From: Eledone cirrhosa
Lineage: Eukaryota
Length of the DNA stretch: 64,000 nt
Assembly: GCA_964016885.1 (NCBI GenBank)
Contig: OZ024740.1
Coordinates: 234,236,001 to 234,300,000 of the forward strand
Direction: 5' to 3'
The stretch's first letter is position 1. Each line of letters opens with the position of its first letter. Of this stretch, positions 53,781 to 64,000 are shown one piece after another. Below the pieces are notes generated by a model that worked only from the letters and a program-made list of their open reading frames with translations, was not told where the DNA came from and did no database searches. The position numbers were made by a program, and so were the translations under genes.

Positions 53781-54763
53781 ATGCTGGTGTCCATGGGAAA
53801 GGCATCGGGTGACGCGTTCAGTGGAACGAGCCTCGAACTTGTAGTTCAAATGAGGCCCGAAAGGATCGCCCAGATCCCTGAACGCGTCATACTGGATGAT
53901 CTAACCTTCATCAACATTACCGTTGAGGGTAGACGGCCCTCGTGTTACCTCTGCGGAACCAGAGGTCACCTGAGGGCTGTCTGTCCCCAACTTAATAAGA
54001 AAACCCCAATCCTGCCTACACCACCAACAACTACACAACCAACACAATCACCGCAACTACCACTACAAAAACAACCACCACAGTTCAAACCAAAACAAAA
54101 CAATGTCCAACCCATCCCCTCCACTCAAAAAACAAAAACACTTTCCCAAACACCCGCACCGCAAACACAACCCGAAAATATACCCCTCCCCTCCAACGCG
54201 GAAGATGACCCTAGTTCGTCGTCAGACGAGGAGGAGCACTTCCACACAATCAAAAGAAAAAAAAAAGAAAACACACCTCAGACACACAAATGAAAACAAC
54301 CCCTCCCCAAAACATAACACTGACACCAACACAAAAGAGCTCACAACAACAGCAAAAAAAAAACACCACACAAAAACAAAAACATGCATACACATACATA
54401 AACACAAGAAACAAAAAACTGTTAAACATTGTGTATAACAACAATCTAATAAAAACACAAGGGCCTAACTTCACCCAGGCAGGGGATTTCCCCCACCTCA
54501 AAATGATTAAGGCCCCACAGGACACCTATAAAACTTTAAAAAACAATTTTAAAGAGGACGTGGGTCCCCCCTGCGTCGGGCCCATTAACCGCGTCCTCCT
54601 AAACTACCCCACCCCCTCCCAAAACACCCACACAACTCCAAGCTCCCCAATCACACAACACACTGATGCCCCTACACTTCCACAAACCACCACCCCACCC
54701 AACAACCCATCCCCCACCCTAATGGAAATTGTGCAGCTCGATACCCGGGACGCAGAGAGGTAA
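53781..54763 (+). pseudogene. LINE ORF1 (gag-like), frameshifted near the poly-A run at ~54256-54270
   Basis: VEGRRPSCYLCGTRGHLRAVCP CCHC knuckle followed by a Pro/Thr/Gln-rich linker; split over two track ORFs. Confidence 0.7.
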
Positions 54764-54787
54764 GTGCCTTTTCTCTTCACCACCAAC

Positions 54788-55786
54788 ATGGCTATGCTAA
54801 GAGTAGGCTGTTTAAATGCGCGTGGCCTGGGCTCAACTTGGAAGCAAGCAATGCTTCTAAATGACCTCAGGTCACAAGGTATAGATGTGATGGTTATTTG
54901 CGAGGCCCGGATCAGCAACGTGCGACAGCTGGCCCCCACCTTTGATGACTTTGAGATGCACGCATCTCTCTGTCAGCCCGGAGGTGGGGGTGGAGTTGTC
55001 GTTCTGCTGCAAAAACATCTGGGTCTCGCAACACAGATGTTACATTTGGACCCGGAGGGTCGACTAGTGGTTCTGGACTTTGGCAGTGGTAAAGGCGGAG
55101 CGTTTAGGTTGGTAGCCGCCTACGGCCCTTTCGGGTCAATGCGGCCGGACTTCTTCCATCGTCTGGAGACTTTTCTAGGGACGTCCCGCTCCTTGCTATT
55201 AGTGGGGGACTGGAATGGTATCCTAGATGCACGCTGGGACTACGTAGGGGCCTGTCCCGATAGAGAGGGGTGTAATAGCCTCAAAGGGTTAATCGGTCGA
55301 TTTGACCTGGCCGATAGATATCGACTAGATTTTCCGACTGCGCCAACCTGGACTTGGGCAAATCGTAGCGGATCATCTAGGTCGTACCTAGATAGGTTCT
55401 TAGTTAGAATTAAGGATAAGGACTTTTTAAGTTGTCCAAAAATGCGCATGGTTGGCTATTCAGACCACAAGTTAGTGACCTGCATGATCAACCTTGACAG
55501 AACTCATAGACAGGGACCCGGTTACTGGAAGCTCAACTTGTCCTTACCGGCAAGTAAGGCTTACAGGGACCGGATTAGCACTTTAGTTAAGGAGCGGTTG
55601 ACGGGCGCCATCGTCAACAGCAGGTGGTGGGGATCTCTCAAAAGAGAGATTAGAGTAGTCTCTATAGAATTTAGTAAGGAGTTAGCCTCCAATAGAAATA
55701 GGAAGGAAAGGGAGTTGGTAGATAGTGTTGAAGAGGCAATTAGAAGCGGCGACGTAGCCAGAGTGCTAGCGCCTCCTCTCTATTGA
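54788..55786 (+). CDS. LINE ORF2 N-terminus: apurinic-like (APE) endonuclease, truncated before RT
   Basis: Motifs LNARGL, ICE, GRLV, AAYGP, VGDWN, TW, YLDRF, SDH and the Tx1/L1-typical GPGYWKLN. Confidence 0.85.
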   Translation: MAMLRVGCLNARGLGSTWKQAMLLNDLRSQGIDVMVICEARISNVRQLAPTFDDFEMHASLCQPGGGGGVVVLLQKHLGLATQMLHLDPEGRLVVLDFGSGKGGAFRLVAAYGPFGSMRPDFFHRLETFLGTSRSLLLVGDWNGILDARWDYVGACPDREGCNSLKGLIGRFDLADRYRLDFPTAPTWTWANRSGSSRSYLDRFLVRIKDKDFLSCPKMRMVGYSDHKLVTCMINLDRTHRQGPGYWKLNLSLPASKAYRDRISTLVKERLTGAIVNSRWWGSLKREIRVVSIEFSKELASNRNRKERELVDSVEEAIRSGDVARVLAPPLY

Positions 55787-56022
55787 GGACTTTGTTATAA
55801 ATTTTATTTTTTGTTATATTTTATTTTATTTTTATATATTGTTATTGCCTCCTCCTTATTGAGGACGCCTTGTTTTGTAAACTCCCCCCATTGTACTTGT
55901 CCCACTTTTGATGCCCTGGTGGCAAATAAAAGAAACATATCTATCTATCTCTCCCTTGGTGGTTTGAAATAGAAGTCGGTTTGTTGCCTGTTACCGTCAG
56001 ATCTGAGTTTTCATATGTAAAG

Positions 56023-56112
56023 ACATATCTGAGAAGCTTTCGATTCCAGAGTCAGGAACGACATAATCGATCGTTCCTCGAGCTGATCGGTAGCGAAACA
56101 TATGTAATATGT
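56023..56112 (+). ncRNA. degenerate hammerhead ribozyme (core CTGAGAA) with long stem II
   Basis: ACATAT-CTGAGAA-GCT..AGGAACGA/TCGTTCCT..AGC-GAA-ACATATGT-A-ATATGT; G8 mutated. A related 3' half lies at ~51740-51792 (-). Confidence 0.5.
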
Positions 56113-56325
56113 GATTAAAAATGTATATGATGCAACATTGATTCTTTATTCCCTAATCATATATATATATCATAAAAACATGTCTATAGAATCACTAGAA
56201 TCACAGCCGTAAGCAACTAATCACATCCTTTCTAACTTGACCGCTGCCACGTCACGATTCTTAGCCATTTTTGAATGTATTCTTGGCTCGATCACTTTGG
56301 AAAATTAATTGTCTAAATTTGAGCT

Positions 56326-56403
56326 AACTCCTGATGAATCCGAAGCTCTGGATATCCCCTGTTATCGGATGTCTTAAAATACGGACGAAACCATGGTAGA
56401 GGT
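56326..56403 (+). ncRNA. type I hammerhead ribozyme
   Basis: CTC-CTGATGA-a-TCCG...CGGA-c-GAA-ACCATGGT-A-GAG; palindromic stem III. Confidence 0.7.
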
Positions 56404-56760
56404 AATTAAATATGTACACATTTCTTCTAGTTTATTTTACACCTAATTGTGTTTAGTTGACTGTATATCTGGTCGATTTATACATGCTGTCGAAATGTTC
56501 GATAAATACTCCGTCGTAACCGCCGCGAAGGGGCTGCTTTCGGTTATTTGTCGGAGATTTCTTTATACGAGCCTTTATTCTTATAGCTTGGTCTAATTGA
56601 TTTTTTATATGGTTAATTATGCTAATTGGGAGAGGAAACGGTATATATTTTATCTAGTGATTCTATAGACATCTTTTATGTAATATAGCTCTGATTATTT
56701 AATTTATTAATTCTTCATTGAGCCACAACGTGACCCGTTGCAAAACACATATATATCTAT

Positions 56761-56858
<98 letters not shown>

Positions 56859-57599
56859 AGTGAAACAGATGCAGACACACAAAATGTCTTAGTAGGTTAA
56901 TGCTTGGGAATGAAGATAAAGAAAAAGGAAAAACGAAGTAAAGAAATGCCTCAACGTATCGGACATAAGCCCTTCACAATATTTGTATTAATCTCCCGTG
57001 TCTTACAATTAACTTGTTAATAATTTCTATTGACATGCTAATTGTATAAGTTTATTTTAAACTACTCGGTTGCGAACTTATTCGATTTGTGCTATTTATG
57101 CTATTTTTTGCATGATCTACACCAACTGAATTACTTTGCCAAAATCTGGGGTTATTCCCCTTGTGATTTTCACACGTGGTTTAACTTACCACCGTGTCAT
57201 TCACTTATTTGGTACAGAGCGAAATACCTGTTGATAACGTGATATTCCTTGTTCGATCGTTATACACAAAGCTTATATTTTTAAGCAGACTGTATTTTGA
57301 TTTAGGTGTCACAGAAACTCTACATCGGATTTTAACAGCAATTCCGGGAGTCCAGGTCGGGTTATCACTTATTTTTTATCATTTATTTTGTTTTGACCTG
57401 TTTAGCTTGATTTGGTTTTTGGCTTGGGTGGTTAATGCTTTCTTGACCATCTTTTCAGTTTTGTATGGCTTCTTAACACATTGTTTAGCTCTGGTTTTTA
57501 ACTATTGAGTACTTTGCCAGTATCATTTCTGATTTTTGCGTTTCGCTTCGCTTTTCCTGCCCGCCGAAAATGCGATTCTCGCTGAATCTTTATTTGTAT

Positions 57600-57636
<37 letters not shown>

Positions 57637-57848
57637 GTGTGTGTGTGCGTGTATCTATGTGTGCGTGTACGTGTGTAGTGTGTGTGGAGGTATGTGGCCT
57701 AGCGGTAAAGGGTGTTGGACTTACGATCATAATGTCGTGGGTTCGATTCCTGGGTTGCGTGTTGTGTTCTTGAACAAAACACTTCATTTCACGTAACAGG
57801 CAACAAACCGACTTCTATTTCAAACCACCAAGGGAGAGAGAGATATAT

Positions 57849-57957
<109 letters not shown>

Positions 57958-58305
57958 GAAAGCGATAAACAAAAATTTGAACTCATTTATATGTATGTAA
58001 ACCATATTCTCTTGTACCATCTTCTTATTAATATACACCTTATAAATTGTATTATACACTTCTAATAACATTTCCTGTAGCATGAAGAAGCCTAACAAGT
58101 TTTGGCTATATATATATATATACGTATACGTATACATATATATATATATATGTATATGTGTGTATGTGTGTGTGTGTGTGTTATACATAATTATTTATAT
58201 ATCCTTGTTACCCTTTCATATAATTCTGTTTCTAGAGGTGAGATGTACAAATATGTTCATACAAACTACATGCTCTCACGATTGTACAAGTGATCGATAG
58301 CATTA

Positions 58306-58362
<57 letters not shown>

Positions 58363-58422
58363 GATAAATTAACGGAGCCATAGAGCCTCGCCATTCCGTG
58401 TAAATAATGTGCTCAAAGGAGA

Positions 58423-59015
58423 AGAAATCCTGAGCTATTTAAAATACAATATGTTGAAAAGGTAACACACTAGAGATATACAGTGCGCTATCAATAAAAC
58501 AGGGTAAAAACCACCAGTGCATGGAATCTATAACCTATGAAAGGCAGACTATAGACCCGATAATTAAAAATATAAATTAAAGCGTAAATAAATACCTCTA
58601 TAACTATATAACACACGTACAAATCCAAAGAGACCTGTTTCGCCAGTAATTTGTTGACAGAAATGGAATAACCCCGGTTCCTCGGCGTGTGTAAGGCTAT
58701 ACATTTCAGACAACACTATGAGAATTTTAAAAGTGACTGTCCAGCTACACGTGGGAGAGAGAAGTCACAGCGTGTTTAAGGGCAGTGAACCAGTGGCCTC
58801 CGAGGGACGAGCTGCTACAAAGGGCAGCCCAAAACCACTCAGAGAAGTGTGCTCAACCAAACAGAGAGATAGGAAAGACTAATTTATATTTTTACTTATC
58901 GTGTCAATAGTCAGCCTTTCATAGGTTATAGATTCCATACACTGGTGGTTTTTTCCCTGTTTTATTGATAGCGCACTGTATATCTCTAGTGTGTTACCTT
59001 TTCAACATATTGTAT
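58423..59015. mobile_element. hammerhead-bearing Penelope-like non-autonomous element with ~110-130-bp inverted termini
   Basis: 58423-58551 mirrors ~58905-59015; contains the hammerhead at 58611; second diverged copy at ~60567-60960. Confidence 0.55.
58611..58692 (-). ncRNA. type I hammerhead ribozyme, U4C variant
   Basis: Minus strand ACACACG-CCGAGGA-a-CCGG...CTGG-c-GAA-ACAGGTC-tctttg-GATTTGT-A-CGTGTGT; homologue of 60727-60812. Confidence 0.65.
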
Positions 59016-59183
59016 ATATATATATATATATGAACATGTATGACCCCGACGGCAGAGCTCAAGCCGTTTCGACGGCTATTTCTGGACTAAAAAACTTGAG
59101 CTCAGCCGTTGGGGTCATACATATTCCTATTACCCACTCTACTACACTAAGTATTGAGTACTCTGGTGCATTATAGTCCATCT

Positions 59184-59235
<52 letters not shown>

Positions 59236-59459
59236 GTAGTTTGTATGAATATATATATACTATGGCGGGAGCAGAACTATTTGAATTTTCGTCTCCTGCC
59301 ATTACGGAAATTTATAAATCCGTAGCTAATCGGCAGTCAGCATTGTGATGCGTAGAGATTCCAGTTGCAAATTGTTTTACTGTGTTGGCCGTCACAGTCA
59401 TAACCGACATGGACTGGAGTCGAATTCTGTCGATCGATTGGTTATTGATTAGGTGAAAC

Positions 59460-59567
59460 CCGCTGATGAAGCCACATACGCCGATTATGTATTGTTGCAT
59501 AATATATGCGGACAAGGGGTGCATTGACCCTACTACTGCATTAAATTTAGCCGAAACTCGAGTTCGG
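59460..59567 (+). ncRNA. type I hammerhead ribozyme with ~83-nt stem II region
   Basis: CCG-CTGATGA-...-GAA-ACTCGAGT-T-CGG; palindromic stem III; pairing at the base of stem II is weak. Confidence 0.5.
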
Positions 59568-59581
59568 AAATATATATATAT

Positions 59582-59652
<71 letters not shown>

Positions 59653-59732
59653 AAGGTTTAACGGTCCAACTTAGCTGTATACATGTAAGTATGTGTACTT
59701 TGTATATCGAAAATACATGATATGTTTACGAA

Positions 59733-60297
59733 CATGTATTTGGGAGCAAAGATTGGGAATACGGAAGATGATTTGGTTGAGAGGAAGAGCAAAGCATGGG
59801 CGGCGTGCCACAGCTTTCGATCGGTGTGGAAGTCGGACCTTCGTAAAGACCGGAAAATCCGCCTCTTCATTGCTGTAATGGAGTCTGTCCTGCTGTACGT
59901 CTGAGACTTGGACACTGACCAAGAAACTCACTCAGATGGTGGATGGGTGCTACACGAGAATGCTGAGGATGACTCTGAACATTAATCAGTATACTCTGAG
60001 GATGAAAAACTCAGAGCTGTATGGGAGCCTCCCAAAAGTCAGCTCAAAAGTGACAGAGAGGAAATTGAGGTTAGCTGGACATGCTCATCGACATCCAGAG
60101 TTGACATTGCACTCAGTGCTCCTCTGGGAGCCCCTACATGGACACACTGGAAGAGTAAAACCAAAGTTAACGTATGTTGATGCTCTAAGGACAGACACTG
60201 GTCTGTTGGAGACGCAGGACATGGCAGCGATAATGAGGGACAGAGACCGCTGGAGAGAACACGTCCATGGATCTTGGGAATTTTACCCGCCCTAGAA
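59733..60297 (+). mobile_element. RTE-clade LINE 3' fragment with 11-bp target-site duplication
   Basis: YLG...ESVLLY..ETWTL..DGCYTRMLR..LAGH..RDRWR; TSD atgtttacgaa at 59722-59732 and 60298-60308; one frameshift near 59900. Confidence 0.85.
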
Positions 60298-60566
60298 ATG
60301 TTTACGAATAAACATTTGAAGGTAAAGGGGTGCATTACCTTGTTAACGACCATAAATCAGAAACGGCCGTCGGTAATTTCCCCCATGCTTCTGCTGGAAC
60401 TCGCTAGGGGGTACTCTCCCACCAGCTTTCAAAATTCATAGATAAAGGCTTTCAAATGTGTATTCGTAAACATACCGTATATTATTCGATATACAAAACA
60501 CACACACTCGACACACACACACACACACAAACGCACACACGAACACACACACACTATATATATACA

Positions 60567-60960
60567 GTTGAAAAGGTAACACACCAGAGAGAGATAATGA
60601 GCCATCAATAAAACAGGGAAAAACCACCAGTGTATGGAATCTATAACCTATGAAAGGCAGGGTAGACACACAATAATTAAAAATATAAATTAAAATGTAT
60701 ATACGCACCTCTATAACTATATAACACACACGTACAAATCCAATCCAAAGTGATCTGTTTCGCCAAGAAGTTGTTGACTGAAATGGAATAGCCCATGGTT
60801 CATCAGCGTGTGCAAGGCTATACATTTCAGACAACTCTAAGAGAATTTAGAGCGACCGTCCAGCTACACGCGCGAGAGAGATGTCACAGCATGTTTAGGG
60901 CAGTGAACCAGTGGTGTCTGAGGGACGAGCTGCTAGAAAGGGCAGCCCAAAACCACTCAG
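60567..60960 (-). mobile_element. second copy of the 58.4-kb hammerhead-bearing element
   Basis: Colinear similarity to 58432-58841 (gttgaaaaggtaacac...aaaccactcag). Confidence 0.6.
60727..60812 (-). ncRNA. type I hammerhead ribozyme, canonical core
   Basis: Minus strand CACACG-CTGATGA-a-CCA...TGG-c-GAA-ACAGATC...GATTTGT-A-CGTGTG; 6-bp stem I, 7-bp stem III, GUA cleavage triplet. Confidence 0.8.
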
Positions 60961-61314
60961 ATGTCATTATGTATATATATATATTAGCACTCACACATGC
61001 TAGGTGTATGTGTAGCGAAATATCTTCGCACATACTAACCCCCGAATTATATCTGGCTGCTATTTCTCTTTGACTTGTGTTGACATCAGTGGTCTGGAGA
61101 GGTTGGCCAACTTGAGGTTAAATGAGATATTTTTTCTGTGGGTCATTTCACTCTGGTCTCTTGGAAGAGATGTAGCAATTACTCCAGCCTTCTCGACATG
61201 GACCCGACAGCAATTCTTCCATCGGCACTTCAACCACACTCAGTCATCTGCTTCTTGTCTTAGACAACACAGCTTGCTTGCCACTGCGAGCTTATTATTA
61301 CCTATGCTGATTAC

Positions 61315-61503
61315 GGCGTTGGATTGGCAGTATCGGTAGAGAGTCGGACGCCATGCTTTCCAGCATAGTTACGTCCCTTTACGGTCTGAGTTCAAATCCC
61401 GCCGAGGTTAACTTTGCCTTTCATCCTTACGGGGTCGATAAAATAAAGTACCAGTAATGTACTGGGTAATTGATGGCCTTGTGCCAAAAGTAGAAACAAT
61501 TAT
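61315..61503 (+). mobile_element. tRNA-derived SINE with Nin/Deu-like core (representative copy)
   Basis: A-box-like tggcagtatcggtag, B-box gagttcaaatcc, core gcctttcatccttacggggtcgataaaataaagtaccagt. Other copies at about 3567, 4249, 13720(-), 27438(-), 34018, 35625, 36880(-), 39803, 44105(-), 45853(-), 48490, 51993, 62588(-), 62825(-). Confidence 0.85.
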
Positions 61504-61959
61504 TACCTATGCTGATACATACTGTCTGACTAGAATTGTCACTTTATCATTGGACATTGTATAAATAGGAGACTCCAGCACAACACAGAAGCCCCTTTGC
61601 ACGCTATATTCATTTGTGAATACTACAATCAACTTTATATTTACGATTCGAAGCAATCATTTTATTTTATTTTATTTTATTTTATTTATTTATTTATTTG
61701 CTAAGTGAAGTAAAGTTAAATATTCAACAAGAATTATTGGTATTTGTCGTGTTTATCATCCTTTTCCACAACAACCAAAGTCTTCGCTTCATATATACAG
61801 ACATGAATGCAATCATAGACACCCATGTATACATGCACACACGCACAAACATACATACATACATAAATGCATACATACATGCATGCATACATACATGCAT
61901 ACATACATACGCACGCAATCATACATACATATGCATGCAAACACGCACACGCACACATA

Positions 61960-62300
61960 CATACATGACTAACTGGCACTCCGTCGGTTTCGACGAAGAG
62001 TGTTCCAGTTGATCCGATCAACGGAACAGCCTGCTCGCGAAATTAACGTGCAAGTGGCTGAGCATTCTACTGACGCACGTACCCTTAACGTAGTTCGCAG
62101 GGAGATTCAGTGTGACACAGAATGTGACAAGACTGGCTCTCTGAATTAAAGGTACAACTCATTTTTTGTTAGCTGAGTTAACTGGAACAACGTGAAATAA
62201 AGGGTCTTGCTCAATGACACAACGCGCCGCCGAGAATCGAACCCACGACCTTACGATTGTGAGCCGAACACCTTAACCACAAAGCCACGCACCTTCACCC
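61960..62300 (-). mobile_element. second tRNA-derived SINE family (pieces also at ~4690, 5965, 13130-13410, 35010, 36380, 57680)
   Basis: Minus strand head gtggctttgtggttaagg...gggttcgattc, then ttgagcaagaccctttatttcacgttg core. Confidence 0.7.
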
Positions 62301-62587
62301 GCTTACGCACGCAATCATATAAAACCATACGTGCATACACATGAATACAGAGATACTCATGCACACACAGACGCATATATGTAGATAAGTACGAACATGT
62401 TTACACTTGCAAGCTACGGCGAACTAAACACGCAAACAGATTCATAGTTATCCATTAAAAATACATAAAAACAAATGAAAATAAATAGACACCAGCATGG
62501 CTGCGTTGATACAAATTTATGGTTATAAAAGTGAATGTAAAATGGTTAAGTCTTATGAGAAAATATTAATAATTCAGTGATAAAAAT

Positions 62588-63070
62588 AATTGTTTTTGCT
62601 TTAGGCACAAGGCCAGCAGTTTTGGGGGAGGGGGAAGTCGATTAAATCGACCTCAGTGCATTACTGGTACTTTATTTTATCAACCCCCCGTAAGTATGAA
62701 AGACAAAACTTACCTCGGCGGCATTTGAACTCAGATCGTAAAGGGACGTAATCCTATGCCATAAAGCATATTATTCGACGCATTACCGATACTGCCAATC
62801 GACTGCCCTATCGGTGCTAAAAATAATGGTTTCTTATATAGGCACAAGGCCAGCAATTTTTTTTTTTTGGGGGGGGGGGGAGTCGATTAAATCGACCCCA
62901 GTGCGTAACTGGTACTTTATTATATCGACCCCGTAAAGATGAAAGGCAAAGTTTCATCCCTCGGCGGGATTTGAACTCAGATCATAAAGGGCCGTAACTC
63001 TATGCTGCAGAGCATGGTGTCCGACCCTCTAGCGATACTGCCAATCCACCGCCCTATCGGTGCTAAAAAT
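62588..63070 (-). mobile_element. two tandem SINE copies (longer subfamily)
   Basis: Two head-to-tail ~240-bp units, both ending ccctatcggtgctaaaaataatg. Confidence 0.8.
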
Positions 63071-63596
63071 AATGAAAAATGTATTTGGAAGATAAATTTT
63101 GAAATGATATGAGATTGAATAGAAGTAGAATTGGAAACGCACTTTGCCATAACCCTGAGGTCCATAAATCGAAAATACGAGTACGCTCTGTTGCCTAAGT
63201 TTTGCATTTCACCCTAGGCGCAGGAATAGCCGTGTGGTTACAGAGGTTCCTTTGCAACCGCGTGGTTTCAGATTCAGTCCATTGTGAGATATCGGGGGCA
63301 GGTGTCTTTTACTAAAACTTCGTGTTGTTCGGTATCATGTGAGAGAAATTTGGAATATAGAAACTGCGCCGAAGTCCGTTCTATATATATGTGTGAGTGT
63401 GTAGGGCCTCCAAGAGAAATTTTGCAAGGCCGTGCAAGATCCCTTTGGGGCCCGAAGCAGGCAAAGATTTTTCTCAAAATGGATGTTGCATGGTTGCTGT
63501 GGGGCCTTATTAGCTCTTGGGCCCCGGAACAAAGTACCGGCTAGACCCCCCTCCCCCACTCTCATAGGCCTTGTGTGTGTGTGTGTGTGTGTGCGT

Positions 63597-63637
<41 letters not shown>

Positions 63638-63689
63638 TTTGTGTTTACATTTACTGTTTGTTTATGTCTTGTAACTTAGAATTTTCAAG

Positions 63690-63955
63690 AAGAAGGATCG
63701 ATGTCATCGACTAAATCCTTTCGTGACGATTTACTGCATTTTAGTAGAAAGTCAAATAGTGGTTTCTTTGAAACGGTGTATGATCTATGAATTGAAAGGT
63801 AAAAAAAAGAAAACAACCCTTACGCCACCTACCTGACCTTATGCCAATACGCGTTGCTGAAACATAGTAAATCGTCACGAAAGGATTCAATCTATTATAT
63901 TGACCCGAGTACATATTCTTTTAAGTTTGACATTCAATTCATCGATCCTCTTCCA
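63690..63955. mobile_element. MITE-like element with inverted repeats
   Basis: atcctttcgtgacgatttact (~63715) mirrors agtaaatcgtcacgaaaggat (~63865); outer ggatcgatg/catcgatcc. Confidence 0.45.
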
Positions 63956-64000
63956 TTCCTGATTGACGTTCCGAACCGATGTACGATGTACGAAATGGCA

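Larger units (their letters stand above)
53767..55938 (+). mobile_element. Tx1/L1-group non-LTR retrotransposon, 5'-truncated and internally deleted (no RT)
   Basis: ORF1 with zinc knuckle, ORF2 with APE endonuclease, 3' UTR ending AATAAAAGAAAC; atctatctat on both sides (53757-53766, 55939-55948). Confidence 0.85.

Noticed and set aside
57000-57580. Possible Penelope RT/GIY-YIG remnant between hammerhead elements
   Set aside because: I could not find diagnostic motifs in any frame; BLASTx would be needed.
61315-61400. tRNA-like A/B boxes
   Set aside because: SINE heads with no complete cloverleaf; not tRNA genes.

Overview
AT-rich, microsatellite-dense eukaryotic genomic DNA. The SINE/LINE repertoire and repeat style suggest a coleoid cephalopod, probably Octopus (inference). 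One host gene is present on the minus strand: a clockwork orange (cwo) bHLH-Orange circadian repressor with six coding exons that I spliced by hand (22811-22786, 20279-20204, 19274-19173, 14677-14593, 13633-13466, 12421-10281; 865 aa if the ATG at 22811 is the start). The protein carries an unusual His-rich ([10 protein letters not shown])n repeat. The gene body (~6.4-28.8 kb) is visibly CpG-depleted. The upstream or first-intron region (~29-61 kb) is CpG-rich and has many CACGTG E-boxes. The most striking unannotated signal is about 19 type I hammerhead ribozyme motifs with complete or U4C-variant cores, plus several degenerate or half copies. They belong to at least 8 different short repeat families, sit in (TA)n tracts, and are often arranged as inverted pairs, an architecture resembling Penelope-like element pLTRs or retrozymes. 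Also present: an internally deleted Tx1-like LINE in an (ATCT)n/(CT)n target, RTE, CR1/L2 and Helitron fragments, MITEs and many tRNA-derived SINEs. All calls are by eye; no folding, alignment or database search was run. Most ORFs in the supplied track are microsatellite artefacts.
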